DNA from: a virus | Lineage: Duplodnaviria > Heunggongvirae > Uroviricota > Caudoviricetes | Length of the DNA: 31,949 nt | Virus record (IMG/VR): IMGVR_UViG_2563366840_000012 | Location: 1-31,949 of that record | Reading direction: 5' to 3' (one strand) | Part shown: positions 1 to 10,105 of the stretch, one piece after another | How the letters are laid out: every line of letters begins with the position of its first letter | Position numbering within the stretch: position 1 is the stretch's first letter | Position numbers and translations under genes: made by a program | Notes under the pieces: generated by a model | Told to the model about the DNA's origin: nothing | The model's input: the letters and a program-made list of their open reading frames with translations, nothing else | Databases searched by the model: none

Positions 1-933
1 ATGGACAACGACAAAATTGATCAACACAGCGACGAAATTGAAGTTGAGAGCGAAGAAAAAGAGCGCGGCAAAAAAATAGAAATAGATGAAGACCGACTCC
101 CCTCCCGGGCGATGGCAATTCATGAGCATATCCGCCAGGATGGTGAAAAAGAGCTGGAACGCGACGCAATGGCGCTACTGTGGTCAGCCATTGCGGCGGG
201 TCTGTCGATGGGCGCTTCGTTACTGGCAAAAGGGATATTTCATGTCGAACTGGAAGGTGTGCCGGGCAGCTTCTTGCTGGAGAATCTCGGTTATACCTTT
301 GGTTTTATTATCGTCATTATGGCCCGCCAGCAATTATTTACCGAAAATACCGTGACTGCGGTACTACCCGTCATGCAAAAACCGACAATGAGCAACGTCG
401 GCTTACTTATACGGTTATGGGGCGTCGTGCTGCTGGGTAATATTCTCGGGACAGGTATTGCGGCGTGGGCATTTGAATATATGCCTATCTTCAATGAAGA
501 AACTCGCGATGCATTTGTCAAAATCGGCATGGATGTGATGAAGAACACCCCCAGCGAGATGTTTGCCAACGCGATCATTTCCGGCTGGCTGATCGCCACT
601 ATGGTTTGGATGTTTCCTGCAGCGGGTGCGGCAAAGATTGTGGTGATTATATTGATGACCTGGCTTATTGCCCTGGGTGACACCACCCATATCGTGGTCG
701 GTTCTGTTGAAATCCTCTATCTGGTGTTTAACGGTACGCTGCACTGGAGCGATTTCATCTGGCCCTTCGCACTACCTACTTTAGCGGGGAACATCTGCGG
801 CGGCACCTTTATCTTCGCGTTAATGAGTCATGCACAGATTCGTAACGACATGAGCAATAAGCGTAAAGCAGAAGCACGCCAAAAAGCAGAACGTGCGGAA
901 AACATTAAGAAAAATTATAAAAACCCGGCATAA
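1..933 (+). CDS. yfdC: Formate/nitrite-transporter-family inner membrane protein (YfdC-like), host gene flanking the prophage
   Basis: 310 aa ORF; hydrophobic multi-helix protein; recognised as the E. coli gene adjacent to argW; synteny with tRNA-Arg immediately downstream. Confidence 0.8.
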   Translation: MDNDKIDQHSDEIEVESEEKERGKKIEIDEDRLPSRAMAIHEHIRQDGEKELERDAMALLWSAIAAGLSMGASLLAKGIFHVELEGVPGSFLLENLGYTFGFIIVIMARQQLFTENTVTAVLPVMQKPTMSNVGLLIRLWGVVLLGNILGTGIAAWAFEYMPIFNEETRDAFVKIGMDVMKNTPSEMFANAIISGWLIATMVWMFPAAGAAKIVVIILMTWLIALGDTTHIVVGSVEILYLVFNGTLHWSDFIWPFALPTLAGNICGGTFIFALMSHAQIRNDMSNKRKAEARQKAERAENIKKNYKNPA

Positions 934-1008
934 ATGGCGAGGGTTTAAGCAATCGAGCGGCAGCGTACTTACCCCGCACTCCATTAGCGGGTATACTCAT
1001 GCCGCATT

Positions 1009-1083
1009 GTCCTCTTAGTTAAATGGATATAACGAGCCCCTCCTAAGGGCTAATTGCAGGTTCGATTCCTGCAGGGGACACCA
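1009..1083 (+). tRNA. argW: tRNA-Arg (anticodon CCU), integration target
   Basis: 75 nt cloverleaf GTCCTCTTAGTT...GGGGACACCA; 7-bp acceptor stem, anticodon loop CTCCTAA gives CCU; encoded 3' CCA; integrase gene follows. Confidence 0.85.
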
Positions 1084-1244
1084 TTTATCAGTTCGCTCCC
1101 ATCCGTAGCAGTCCGCAAAATCCCCTGAATATCAAGCCTTCCGTAGATTCACAGTTCGTCATGGTTCGCGTCAGATCGTTGACAGCCGCACACCATGACG
1201 GGTAAAAAGTGGATAAAATAATTTTACCCACCGGATTTTTACCC

Positions 1245-2423
1245 ATGCTCACCGTTAAGCAGATTGAAGCAGCAAAGCCGAAAGAAAAACCATACCGCCT
1301 TCTCGATGGTAATGGCCTGTACCTTTATGTCCCTGTATCCGGGAAAAAGGTATGGCAGCTTCGCTACAAGATTGACGGTAAGGAGAAAATCCTGACCGTA
1401 GGAAAATATCCGCTTATGACTTTGCAGGAGGCAAGAGATAAAGCATGGACCGCGAGGAAAGACATCTCGGTTGGCATCGATCCGGTAAAAGCGAAAAAGG
1501 CTTCGTCTAACAACAATTCATTTAGTGCGATTTACAAGGAATGGTACGAGCACAAGAAGCAAGTCTGGTCAGTAGGCTATGCAACTGAACTTGCCAAAAT
1601 GTTTGATGACGACATTTTACCCATCATCGGCAGCCTTGAAATTCAGGATATTGAGCCGATGCAACTGTTGGAAGTAATCCGCAGATTTGAAGATCGCGGT
1701 GCAATGGAGCGAGCCAACAAAGCACGCAGAAGATGCGGTGAGGTTTTCCGTTACGCTATTGTCACCGGAAGGGCTAAATATAACCCTGCACCTGACCTTG
1801 CAGACGCCATGAAGGGATACCGCAAGAAGAACTTCCCGTTTCTTCCAGCAGACCAGATCCCCGCATTCAACAAAGCACTGGCAACATTTTCAGGAAGTAT
1901 CGTATCGCTTATTGCGACTAAAGTTTTACGCTACACCGCCCTAAGAACGAAAGAACTTCGTTCCATGCTATGGAAGAACGTCGATTTTGAAAACAGGATT
2001 ATCACCATCGACGCCAGTGTGATGAAGGGTCGCAAGATTCATGTAGTACCGATGTCAGACCAGGTAGTTGAACTTCTCACTACGCTAAGCTCAATCACCA
2101 AACCAGTATCAGAGTTTGTTTTTGCCGGGCGCAACGATAAGAAGAAGCCAATCTGCGAGAACGCGGTGCTACTTGTGATCAAACAAATCGGCTATGAGGG
2201 TCTGGAAAGCGGTCACGGATTCAGGCATGAATTCAGCACGATTATGAACGAGCACGAATGGCCTGCTGATGCTATTGAAGTGCAACTGGCACATGCCAAC
2301 GGCGGATCTGTGCGCGGGATTTACAACCATGCTCAGTATCTCGATAAACGCAGAGAAATGATGCAGTGGTGGGCGGACTGGTTAGATGATAAGGTGACAC
2401 AATGCCACCAAAGCAAATTATGA
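1245..2423 (+). CDS. intS: Tyrosine integrase, P4 family (IntS-like)
   Basis: ORF 1209..2423; ATG at 1245 (MLTVKQIEAAKPKEK...) matches the N-terminus I recall for CPS-53/KplE1 IntS; track start at 1209 is GTG; adjacent to tRNA. Confidence 0.85.
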   Translation: MLTVKQIEAAKPKEKPYRLLDGNGLYLYVPVSGKKVWQLRYKIDGKEKILTVGKYPLMTLQEARDKAWTARKDISVGIDPVKAKKASSNNNSFSAIYKEWYEHKKQVWSVGYATELAKMFDDDILPIIGSLEIQDIEPMQLLEVIRRFEDRGAMERANKARRRCGEVFRYAIVTGRAKYNPAPDLADAMKGYRKKNFPFLPADQIPAFNKALATFSGSIVSLIATKVLRYTALRTKELRSMLWKNVDFENRIITIDASVMKGRKIHVVPMSDQVVELLTTLSSITKPVSEFVFAGRNDKKKPICENAVLLVIKQIGYEGLESGHGFRHEFSTIMNEHEWPADAIEVQLAHANGGSVRGIYNHAQYLDKRREMMQWWADWLDDKVTQCHQSKL

Positions 2424-2504
2424 AGCAGGAAAATTTCTATACAGTATATACTGCGCCATACCAGATTTTCAGCCTATATGGCACAGATTTGCGCGGTGAC
2501 TTAT

Positions 2505-4361
2505 TTATACAGTATACGCAACAGAACCATCAGCTTTATAGTAGTTGCCATCTCCTCCCCACCACACCGGAATTTTGAATACTGTATCATACGAGCAAAG
2601 ACCAATCACTGCTCTGTCGTGTCGTGCTTTAATATCTGCGGTTTTACCGGAAGAAAATTCAACTACCTGATGCACAATATAATTACTATTGTTAGTCCAC
2701 TGAATAACATGATGCTCCCTGGTCCCTGCGCTAACATAAATGTCGCTATGCCAATCTGCGATAATAGAGTTTATAACACCATTGTAATACGTTGCATTTA
2801 ATTTAAAGAACCCTGTATCCTGACCAATTACACTGAGCCACGGACTGAATAATTGTTTGATATCAGGTGTAGAGTTAATAAGTTGTATCCTGAATTCAAA
2901 ACCGTTACGCACATTATTCTCATTGCACCACTCTTTAATGGCGTTACATGCCTCAAGCACAGACATTGACGGGGTTACAGTTGATAAGTATAAATACTTT
3001 GCAAGTTCAGAATCTGAACTAAGTACAATATCTGAGGTCTGAATCTTACTTGTATAGTTAACTACAGGAAATAAACTCCCATCAACAACGTTAAGAGCGC
3101 GTGTTAGTGGATAATCTTTTGTCTCAAGTGTATTAAAATAGGTGTTACTTGTTAATGCATCAACCACACCAGGTCTAAAATTAAAAACATTAGCATCCCA
3201 TATAGTAAGATGAAATCTACAGTGATTCATCATTCCTGGAGCATGCTCCATATGAACAATTTTGCTCATTTGAGGATGAGGTTGTGCTTTTAATCTTATT
3301 AAAATATCTCCAATTCCAGATGATATATTACCTGAAGATGTTGGTAAGCTTGTGTCGCGAAAATGATATGTTGAGAACCATGAAGATAAGTTTAAATCTA
3401 GTGAAGATATAAAGTTTAACTTATTTGCACCAACACCCATGGCATGAGCAACAGTAAAACCTGTTGAAGATACATCTATTTCATTAAAAATCAAAACTTC
3501 TTCATCAATTGAATTGCAATCTATAGAAAAACCATATCCTTCATCCATAACAGGAGATGTAGCAACCTCTTGTTTTACTGCTCCCTGGCGGTTAAAAACA
3601 TAGAATGGACCAAATTTTGTCTTTTGAGTTAACCTGTCAAGATTTGCTGGCGAGGTATAGTATTTTGTACCTCTAATTGTTAATGCAATACGTGTGTATC
3701 CTCCACCAGGGATATCGACAGTTATCCTCATTCCGTTTCCGATGACATCAGTAAGAACGTTTTTAAATATCAACCCATCTATGTTGCTGCGGATAATGAA
3801 CTCTACATCAGGGCCAATGTGCAACCGTTCCAGCAGTGAGACATCTATATTATGTGGTCTAGTAATTAAATACTTCCCTGAATTCACTACAAAAGAACCG
3901 TCTTTAAGCATATCATCAAGATAATCACTACACGATATATTACCAGTATTATCAGCCCCGTAAGATTTTAGATCCCCACCAATGTATTGATAACCGTATG
4001 GAGAATGAAGTTGTTCCTTTAGTTGATCAGGATCATACTTAAGAACATTAGGAAAGTAGAACTGCTGTGAACCATATGCATCATAAACAGCCATAGAATG
4101 GCCTTGTACAGTTACGAATTTGGCAATCTGTCCGTTATATACCGGATAACCAGCAGCGTTAATGATGATTGGCTGTGCAACAGGAACGTGAGAACCATCT
4201 TCGTTCTCTACATAAACCTGAATCTGGTTTTCAGGATTTACCGGGTCAGTGTCAATTTTTCCTATATAAATTTTGCCATTGGCTACGGCTTTAAAAGAAC
4301 GAGCCATAGTGAAGAGTTGCGAAGGCATGCTTACCACAACATTTGCGGTGATATCTGACAT
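2505..4361 (-). CDS. Tailspike protein: conserved P22/Sf6-type N-terminal head-binding domain, divergent receptor-binding domain
   Basis: N-terminus [60 protein letters not shown] is the P22 gp9-type head-binding domain; start ATG 4359-4361 with GGAG RBS; rest of protein does not match P22, Sf6 or HK620 tailspikes as I remember them. Confidence 0.85.
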   Translation of the reverse strand: MSDITANVVVSMPSQLFTMARSFKAVANGKIYIGKIDTDPVNPENQIQVYVENEDGSHVPVAQPIIINAAGYPVYNGQIAKFVTVQGHSMAVYDAYGSQQFYFPNVLKYDPDQLKEQLHSPYGYQYIGGDLKSYGADNTGNISCSDYLDDMLKDGSFVVNSGKYLITRPHNIDVSLLERLHIGPDVEFIIRSNIDGLIFKNVLTDVIGNGMRITVDIPGGGYTRIALTIRGTKYYTSPANLDRLTQKTKFGPFYVFNRQGAVKQEVATSPVMDEGYGFSIDCNSIDEEVLIFNEIDVSSTGFTVAHAMGVGANKLNFISSLDLNLSSWFSTYHFRDTSLPTSSGNISSGIGDILIRLKAQPHPQMSKIVHMEHAPGMMNHCRFHLTIWDANVFNFRPGVVDALTSNTYFNTLETKDYPLTRALNVVDGSLFPVVNYTSKIQTSDIVLSSDSELAKYLYLSTVTPSMSVLEACNAIKEWCNENNVRNGFEFRIQLINSTPDIKQLFSPWLSVIGQDTGFFKLNATYYNGVINSIIADWHSDIYVSAGTREHHVIQWTNNSNYIVHQVVEFSSGKTADIKARHDRAVIGLCSYDTVFKIPVWWGGDGNYYKADGSVAYTV

Positions 4362-4482
4362 TTTATTGCTCCAGACGAATGATATGATGCAACCATGATG
4401 TGATTGCATACAGAAATGGTACTATTGAGTATTTATCCAGTAGGTTACGATGCCATTCCACCCAACTGGTGAGGCATCAAGG

Positions 4483-4743
4483 ATGTACAGCAAATACGAC
4501 GAGGCGCAGTTTCACTTGAGACTTCCGCATGAACTCCACGCGAAAATTAAACAGCGCGCGAAGATGAATAACAGGTCGCTGAACTCAGAGATAATTGCAG
4601 CGATTGAAGAATCATTGGCTAAACAAAGCTCTGCATCAGTTTACATTGACGATGCAGAGCGTATGGCAGAACAACAATCTGATATGGTTAAGAAAATTGT
4701 CTTTGATACGCTCAAAGAGCTATATAAAAAAGACAGCAGCTAA
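4483..4743 (+). CDS. mnt: Mnt-like ribbon-helix-helix repressor (orphan; no arc/ant nearby)
   Basis: Alignable by eye to P22 Mnt (..NNRSLNSEI.. and DAERMAEQQSDMVKKIVFDTLKELYKK versus P22 DAERLADEQSELVKKMVFDTLKDLYKK); divergent from tailspike; start could be 4450. Confidence 0.7.
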   Translation: MYSKYDEAQFHLRLPHELHAKIKQRAKMNNRSLNSEIIAAIEESLAKQSSASVYIDDAERMAEQQSDMVKKIVFDTLKELYKKDSS

Positions 4744-4832
4744 CTATCAGTTACGGAGGATTTATGCAAAGAGATATGCTGAATATTGCGTTCTACATAT
4801 TTGGTTTTTGCACGTTCCTGGTGTTTGCGAAG

Positions 4833-6830
4833 CTATTCTGACAACGCATCAGACTTGGCACCTTGAGTCAGGGCGTTAATGGCCTTTTGCGCCTGCTGCA
4901 TGGCTTTCTCAAACGCTGTTGATCCGCGTGGGGTGTTTGCCATTCGGAGCATTGCATTTCTGAATGGCTCGCTCTCATAGGCGCGAGTAAGAAGTCCGTA
5001 GCTTACCGCTGCGCCAGTTGTCGCCGGGTTCATTGCCGTCCCATATCCGATAATGAACGGGATGGTTTGCTGCCCTGTTGGTGTTGTTACTGCTGCTTTT
5101 GCAGCCTGCTGCGTGGATTGCAGGTAGTTTTTCAATCCTTTCAGATAAGCGGCTTCCTGACCTTTAAATGTGATGCCAGTCTGGTTTTGCAGGACATTAA
5201 GCTGCCGAAGGAACTGGTCAGGGGATCCGCCAGATTTCTCCATCGCCTTTCCAATGATGCCATTGCGCATTTGCGCCCTGCCAACACGACCAACTGAGTT
5301 ATACAGAGTCTTAATTTCCGATTTGTTCTTGCTGAATAGCATGTTGTTGACAACTTCCGGCGTCAGATCGCCTTTCATGAGAACATTCTTCAGCCTGGTA
5401 TTCTTTAGTTTCGCTGCTTCGTCAGCATAGACGGCATTGGCCTGCTGATATTTACGGAGAGTATCGTTGCCAAGATTCTGACCAATGGCACCATTGATAT
5501 CGTCGGTAATTGCCTTGTAAACGCGCTGAATAGCAGCATCGGAACGGTTTGGTAACACTGGTCGCTCACCCTTCACGTCCATTCTGAACTGGCTGCGCAG
5601 ATCGCTTAATTGCTTCAAATCCAGATTTACCGGACCATCAGGACCAGCATTGCGAACAAGCTCATCACGATAGGACTGAAGTTTTGAAATAGTCTCGTTA
5701 TCAGCAACCTTACCAAGCTTCTGCAGGTTAGATATTTCTGTATCAATCTGCTGAATTGCTCGCGCAGGCTGAATGTTTACTCCAGCCATAGCATTCTGAA
5801 CCTGCTCCAGTCGATTACCGGCGGCACGACGAATTCCTGATGTTTTCGCTTTAAGGCTGTCAATAACAACCGCTGGATCATACTCACCGAATTTATCAGC
5901 AAATCTCTGCACCAACTGGCTTCTCGCTTCCTGTTGCGTTGCTCTCATTCCGCTTGTGCCAGCCAGAGGGATATTTTCTGCTGTAGTCTGCGCCATTTTT
6001 CCGACGCGGGAAGTTGGTTGTAACAGGTCTGTGGTGTGCAGAGGAACTCCTTCACGCTCTGCAAATCTGATAGCCTGCTGCGCTTCTGGAGCGATAGCAC
6101 CACGAACACCACGATAAGCAGCACCTATTCCACGTCCGGCAGCGTTAATAGCACCGCCAGCCAGCACACCAACGCCTAAATCGGTGGCGAGTGCTTCCGC
6201 ATCATCTTTCGCACTGTTTGCAGCAAGTGATCCAACTGCGTTTTCTGCTAGAAGGCGAGTTGCCCCCTGAGCAATTCGACCAGCAAGTGTTGGTGCCTGT
6301 GCTGCCGCTCTCTCAACGCCAGCAGGAGTGAGGTAAGGCAATGCTTCAGCAAATACCCTTCCCTCTGTCGTTTGTGGAGTCAGCGCGCCTTGCTGAAGGC
6401 CAAAGTCCTGCTCTAATCCCTGCGTTGTTACACGTGGCGCTGGTTGATATGTACCATCGCCAATGCCGAGTTTACCGCCAGCCCAAGCCGCCGCGCTTGT
6501 TACAGCATCGGCAACTGATGCAGGTATGTTTGCAACGTTCACGCCAGCCTGCACCAGTCCGCGACCAGTCTCTTTTACTGCTTCGCCAAGATCAGACATA
6601 AATCCACTTTGCTGTGGTTGTTGCTGTGCTACTGATTGCTGTGTCTCCACTGGCTGCACAGATGGCAATGGATAGGCAGCATAGAAAGCTTGCTTAGCCT
6701 GCTCTGCATTTTCTCCGGCTTGCGGGGCCACGACTTCATTGAAGTATTGCTCCTGAGCCTGCGCTTTTTGTTCTGGTGCTAACGCCTGATACTGTGGAGA
6801 GGCGATAACATCTTTCCATGCTTTAGCCAT
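4833..6830 (-). CDS. DNA ejection/transfer protein, P22 gp16-like
   Basis: 665 aa, Gly/Ala/Gln-rich low-complexity protein in the gp16 position of P22-like gene order (last of the 7-20-16 trio before the tailspike). Confidence 0.7.
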   Translation of the reverse strand: MAKAWKDVIASPQYQALAPEQKAQAQEQYFNEVVAPQAGENAEQAKQAFYAAYPLPSVQPVETQQSVAQQQPQQSGFMSDLGEAVKETGRGLVQAGVNVANIPASVADAVTSAAAWAGGKLGIGDGTYQPAPRVTTQGLEQDFGLQQGALTPQTTEGRVFAEALPYLTPAGVERAAAQAPTLAGRIAQGATRLLAENAVGSLAANSAKDDAEALATDLGVGVLAGGAINAAGRGIGAAYRGVRGAIAPEAQQAIRFAEREGVPLHTTDLLQPTSRVGKMAQTTAENIPLAGTSGMRATQQEARSQLVQRFADKFGEYDPAVVIDSLKAKTSGIRRAAGNRLEQVQNAMAGVNIQPARAIQQIDTEISNLQKLGKVADNETISKLQSYRDELVRNAGPDGPVNLDLKQLSDLRSQFRMDVKGERPVLPNRSDAAIQRVYKAITDDINGAIGQNLGNDTLRKYQQANAVYADEAAKLKNTRLKNVLMKGDLTPEVVNNMLFSKNKSEIKTLYNSVGRVGRAQMRNGIIGKAMEKSGGSPDQFLRQLNVLQNQTGITFKGQEAAYLKGLKNYLQSTQQAAKAAVTTPTGQQTIPFIIGYGTAMNPATTGAAVSYGLLTRAYESEPFRNAMLRMANTPRGSTAFEKAMQQAQKAINALTQGAKSDALSE

Positions 6831-8131
6831 TAATCACCCCATAGTGAAGAAAAGTTACTGCCAGTAGTAGATTGTTGCCCTGGCATATTCTGCACCGGCT
6901 CCTGATAATCAAACTGTTTTTTAACAGTGCTCAACTTGCTTTCAAGCTGATTTCTAATCTTTCCGATAGAGTCACGAAAAGCCTTTTCACTCATTTTGGG
7001 ACTTAGGGCACCAACCGCATCGGATAATTTTTTACCCTCAGCATCTGAAAGAGCGCCCATACCCTTCAGGGACTGCACCATAGGAAGGAATGTTTGAGCT
7101 TTAAAGGTGTCGAGCCTTGCTTCAAAGTTAGCCGCATCAGAGCCAGGAACTGTCGGAAACGCTGAGCGAATTCCTACTGCTTTTGAAAGGCCGGGGCTTT
7201 GCTCTATCTCGTTGAGAGAATCAAGCGCGGTACTGAACGTATCAACAGCACCCTGAGCGGCGGCCTGCCTGTCAGCGCGGGCTATGTCAGCCTTTTGCCG
7301 AACATCTGCCTGTTTCTGTTTTAGCTCTTCAAGCTTTAACTGATTGCTTTCTCTGGCTATCTGTCTGTCCAGAGCCTTTTCTTGTAATTCTGCTCTTTGT
7401 ATTTCTCGGGAAAGAGCAGCATTCTGTGCGCTGATGTTCTGTCCACGTATCTGGATGTTCTGACCTCGTGCTGTTAGCGCCTCGCCAGCCTGATTGCTGC
7501 GGATTGTCTCTGCAAGTTTTCCGCGATCAATCTCACGCCCAACGATTCTGTCTTGCGCCTGAAAATATTGTTCTGGACCAAGTGCAGCCATTCCAAGGTG
7601 ATCAACAAACTCTGTGAAACCTTGTGGATTTTGCTGATACATTTTCGCCACATCCAGAGGGTCTACTCCGGCACGAGTAAGCTCAGATGAGTTGTTCTGC
7701 AACCATGACATCATGGCTTCTGGAGATGAAGCTGCCAGTCTGGCACTTGCTGCCAGTGTGCCGACAGTGGAACGCTGGTCTTCATCGACAAATTTCATGC
7801 CGTTTCTTACAGCGTCAAACTGCTCAGGATACTGTGATGCCAGTTTTCGCATTGCATCGCGGTCACCAGATGTATATGCATCAGCATAAGCCTGTTGAAA
7901 CTCTTGCTGTCGCTTCTGCTGATCCATCTGCTTATACATATCCATGACAGATGAAATGCCCTGCAAAGCCTGCAAGCCAACGTTATTACGTCCTGAACGC
8001 TCCATCTCGTTATTCTGTCGAATGTATGCAAGCGTGGAGTCTGCATCACTTGCTCTTGGAGCGTTGGAGTTCATGCCGCCTAACCCGGCAAGAAGCGCGC
8101 CTGAATTACCAGCCTGTTGCCATGTAGCCAA
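6830..8131 (-). CDS. DNA ejection/transfer protein, P22 gp20-like
   Basis: 433 aa; position and coiled-coil-rich composition consistent with gp20; 1-nt TAATG overlap with downstream gene. Confidence 0.7.
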   Translation of the reverse strand: MATWQQAGNSGALLAGLGGMNSNAPRASDADSTLAYIRQNNEMERSGRNNVGLQALQGISSVMDMYKQMDQQKRQQEFQQAYADAYTSGDRDAMRKLASQYPEQFDAVRNGMKFVDEDQRSTVGTLAASARLAASSPEAMMSWLQNNSSELTRAGVDPLDVAKMYQQNPQGFTEFVDHLGMAALGPEQYFQAQDRIVGREIDRGKLAETIRSNQAGEALTARGQNIQIRGQNISAQNAALSREIQRAELQEKALDRQIARESNQLKLEELKQKQADVRQKADIARADRQAAAQGAVDTFSTALDSLNEIEQSPGLSKAVGIRSAFPTVPGSDAANFEARLDTFKAQTFLPMVQSLKGMGALSDAEGKKLSDAVGALSPKMSEKAFRDSIGKIRNQLESKLSTVKKQFDYQEPVQNMPGQQSTTGSNFSSLWGD

Positions 8132-8143
8132 GAGACACCTCCA

Positions 8144-8803
8144 TTAAAAAAGTGAACCAAGAAGACCGACGCCAGCACCAATTGCTGTACCCCAACCAGG
8201 CATGATTGCAGTACCTGCAGCTGCACCTGCTGCCGCTCCACCCAAGGCGCTCTGAAATCCTGATGGTTTATTCGCATTAGCCGCAGATGCTGCCGCCTGC
8301 TGTTGATACAATTGGCTGACGTTGTTAGCGTAGTTCTGTCCGGCATTTGCCTGACCTGTAAGAGCGCCAAGGCCGATATTTGCCAGATTGTTGTAGTTGT
8401 TCATCTGACCTGACAGCCAGTTTTGACCGAGTGTAGGTGCGATTGCTGCTAACTGGTTTCCTGTTGCTGTAGAGCCTAATCCACCCGTTGCCTCTGCTGC
8501 TGCCAGACTCTGGTAACGCGCCTGTCCTGCAAGGTCTTTGTACTGCTGGGAGTTGTAATACTGGTTAAGCGCCTGACCTTGCCCCTGAAGAGAGGAAAGA
8601 TTTTGCAACTGTGATACGTACTGCTGAGCGAGTGGCGTGAACGGTGCAAGGTTCTGCATGTTCGTCTGCCACATTTCACGTTGCAGTTCGATGCCCTTTT
8701 CAGTTGCGCGTGCCTGGGCTTTAGATCCGGAGTCGCTGCCGCCTTTCATATACCCATTCATGGGAAGCAATTTATTCTTGAAGCTTTCGCTAAGTACTAA
8801 CAT
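8144..8803 (-). CDS. Ejection protein, P22 gp7-like
   Basis: 219 aa Gly/Ala/Gln-rich protein in the gp7 position. Confidence 0.6.
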   Translation of the reverse strand: MLVLSESFKNKLLPMNGYMKGGSDSGSKAQARATEKGIELQREMWQTNMQNLAPFTPLAQQYVSQLQNLSSLQGQGQALNQYYNSQQYKDLAGQARYQSLAAAEATGGLGSTATGNQLAAIAPTLGQNWLSGQMNNYNNLANIGLGALTGQANAGQNYANNVSQLYQQQAAASAANANKPSGFQSALGGAAAGAAAGTAIMPGWGTAIGAGVGLLGSLF

Positions 8804-9260
8804 TTAATAGCTCCTCATATTTCGAACGAGGTAATTGATAGAGGGTGATTCCAACCGGTTTTCCGTTACTCATGTAAGAATCATCAAGGTGACCAACACG
8901 GGTAGCGCCAAGCAAACGGATAATTGCCCGTCCGTATTTCGTGGTGTCAGGAACCATAGTGATGCTGTTAAGGAATGGTGAGTTTTCGAGAAGCCATTTG
9001 CAGAATAATCGATGCCCTTGCAGTGCATATTCGCCACGGAATCCGGGGTCGTACACCGCATGGCATTCAACAACGCTATGCCAGAAGTTACGCACTTCAT
9101 GCACTCCGACCAGCATCAGTCCTTCGTAGATGCCGAGGTATACCGCATCAGGCTTGATGTAGTATTTGTCTCCACTGTCTACGATATTTCCCGTGTTTGC
9201 CGGGTTGTTGAGGAATTCTGCAAGCTTCACCGGATTATCGATGAGCTTTATTTCCATCAC
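8790..9260 (-). CDS. Head assembly protein, P22 gp14-like
   Basis: 156 aa ORF between tail needle and gp7, conserved position. Confidence 0.6.
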   Translation of the reverse strand: MMEIKLIDNPVKLAEFLNNPANTGNIVDSGDKYYIKPDAVYLGIYEGLMLVGVHEVRNFWHSVVECHAVYDPGFRGEYALQGHRLFCKWLLENSPFLNSITMVPDTTKYGRAIIRLLGATRVGHLDDSYMSNGKPVGITLYQLPRSKYEELLNVST

Positions 9261-10105
9261 TGCTCCGCAATGATTTTGATGGTTGTGGCAGTAAACGCCG
9301 CACCATTTGACTGAATGGTTAACGTGCTGCCATTTGTGGCAAGAAAGCCGTCTTTATCCACGCTGAAGAACGTAGCTAACAAGAGGTTATCGGTTGTTGT
9401 CGCCGAGTTGCGACTGCTTACTAGAGTGTCAGGAACAGAGCCGGAAAAGGTTAGCTGCATTGACCTGTTGGAGGTTCCGCTGGGCCACGTCCCGACGATC
9501 GACAGCTTGAAGAACAGGGTTTTGTTCTCGTTGAACACAACCATCTTGTTGTTAACGGTGTCGAAGAATGGTGCTAACGTGCCGGATGACGGCGTTAGCG
9601 TTTTAAGCAGGCTAACAAGGTTGGTCGGCGCTGTCGGGATGGTTACAGATACGCCAGAGTAAACAACCTCTGACTTCTTGCGAGTAGTGGCATACTCCAG
9701 AGCATCGATGCGCGTTTCATGGTCTGAAACCTGCGACTCCAGCGACTGAACTCTTGTGTCAAGCGACGCAATATCGCTTTCATTCTGAGCTATTCGTGTT
9801 TCATGGTCCTGAAGAGTTGATTCTGCCTGGCTGATTCGCTCCTCATGATTAACAAGCGTTGCTTCCGCAGCAGAAATTCGTTGCTCATGATCAGCGAGAA
9901 TCACATCCTGCTCATCGTTCCTGACTTGTGCATCATAAGCGCCCTGTCCGGCCTCGTTGGCCTTGTTAGCCACGTTACCAACATCAGTGCCCTGTGCGAT
10001 AACGTAAAGCAGATACGACTGCGAGAAGATATTGCGTGGAAGGACTGATGTGTCGAGCCGTGTAGCCTGAATGATTACCGGCACATTGAGATTCGAATCC
10101 GCCAT
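9257..10105 (-). CDS. Tail needle (gp26-like) with extended C-terminal domain
   Basis: N-terminus [43 protein letters not shown]... matches P22 gp26 N-terminus; heptad coiled-coil repeats (DHETRI...); 282 aa versus ~233 aa in P22, suggesting an Sf6-type C-terminal knob. Confidence 0.8.
   Translation of the reverse strand: MADSNLNVPVIIQATRLDTSVLPRNIFSQSYLLYVIAQGTDVGNVANKANEAGQGAYDAQVRNDEQDVILADHEQRISAAEATLVNHEERISQAESTLQDHETRIAQNESDIASLDTRVQSLESQVSDHETRIDALEYATTRKKSEVVYSGVSVTIPTAPTNLVSLLKTLTPSSGTLAPFFDTVNNKMVVFNENKTLFFKLSIVGTWPSGTSNRSMQLTFSGSVPDTLVSSRNSATTTDNLLLATFFSVDKDGFLATNGSTLTIQSNGAAFTATTIKIIAEQ

Noticed and set aside
86-744. Several 86-131 aa ORFs on both strands inside yfdC
   Set aside because: Nested within or antisense to the 310 aa membrane-protein gene; no independent support.
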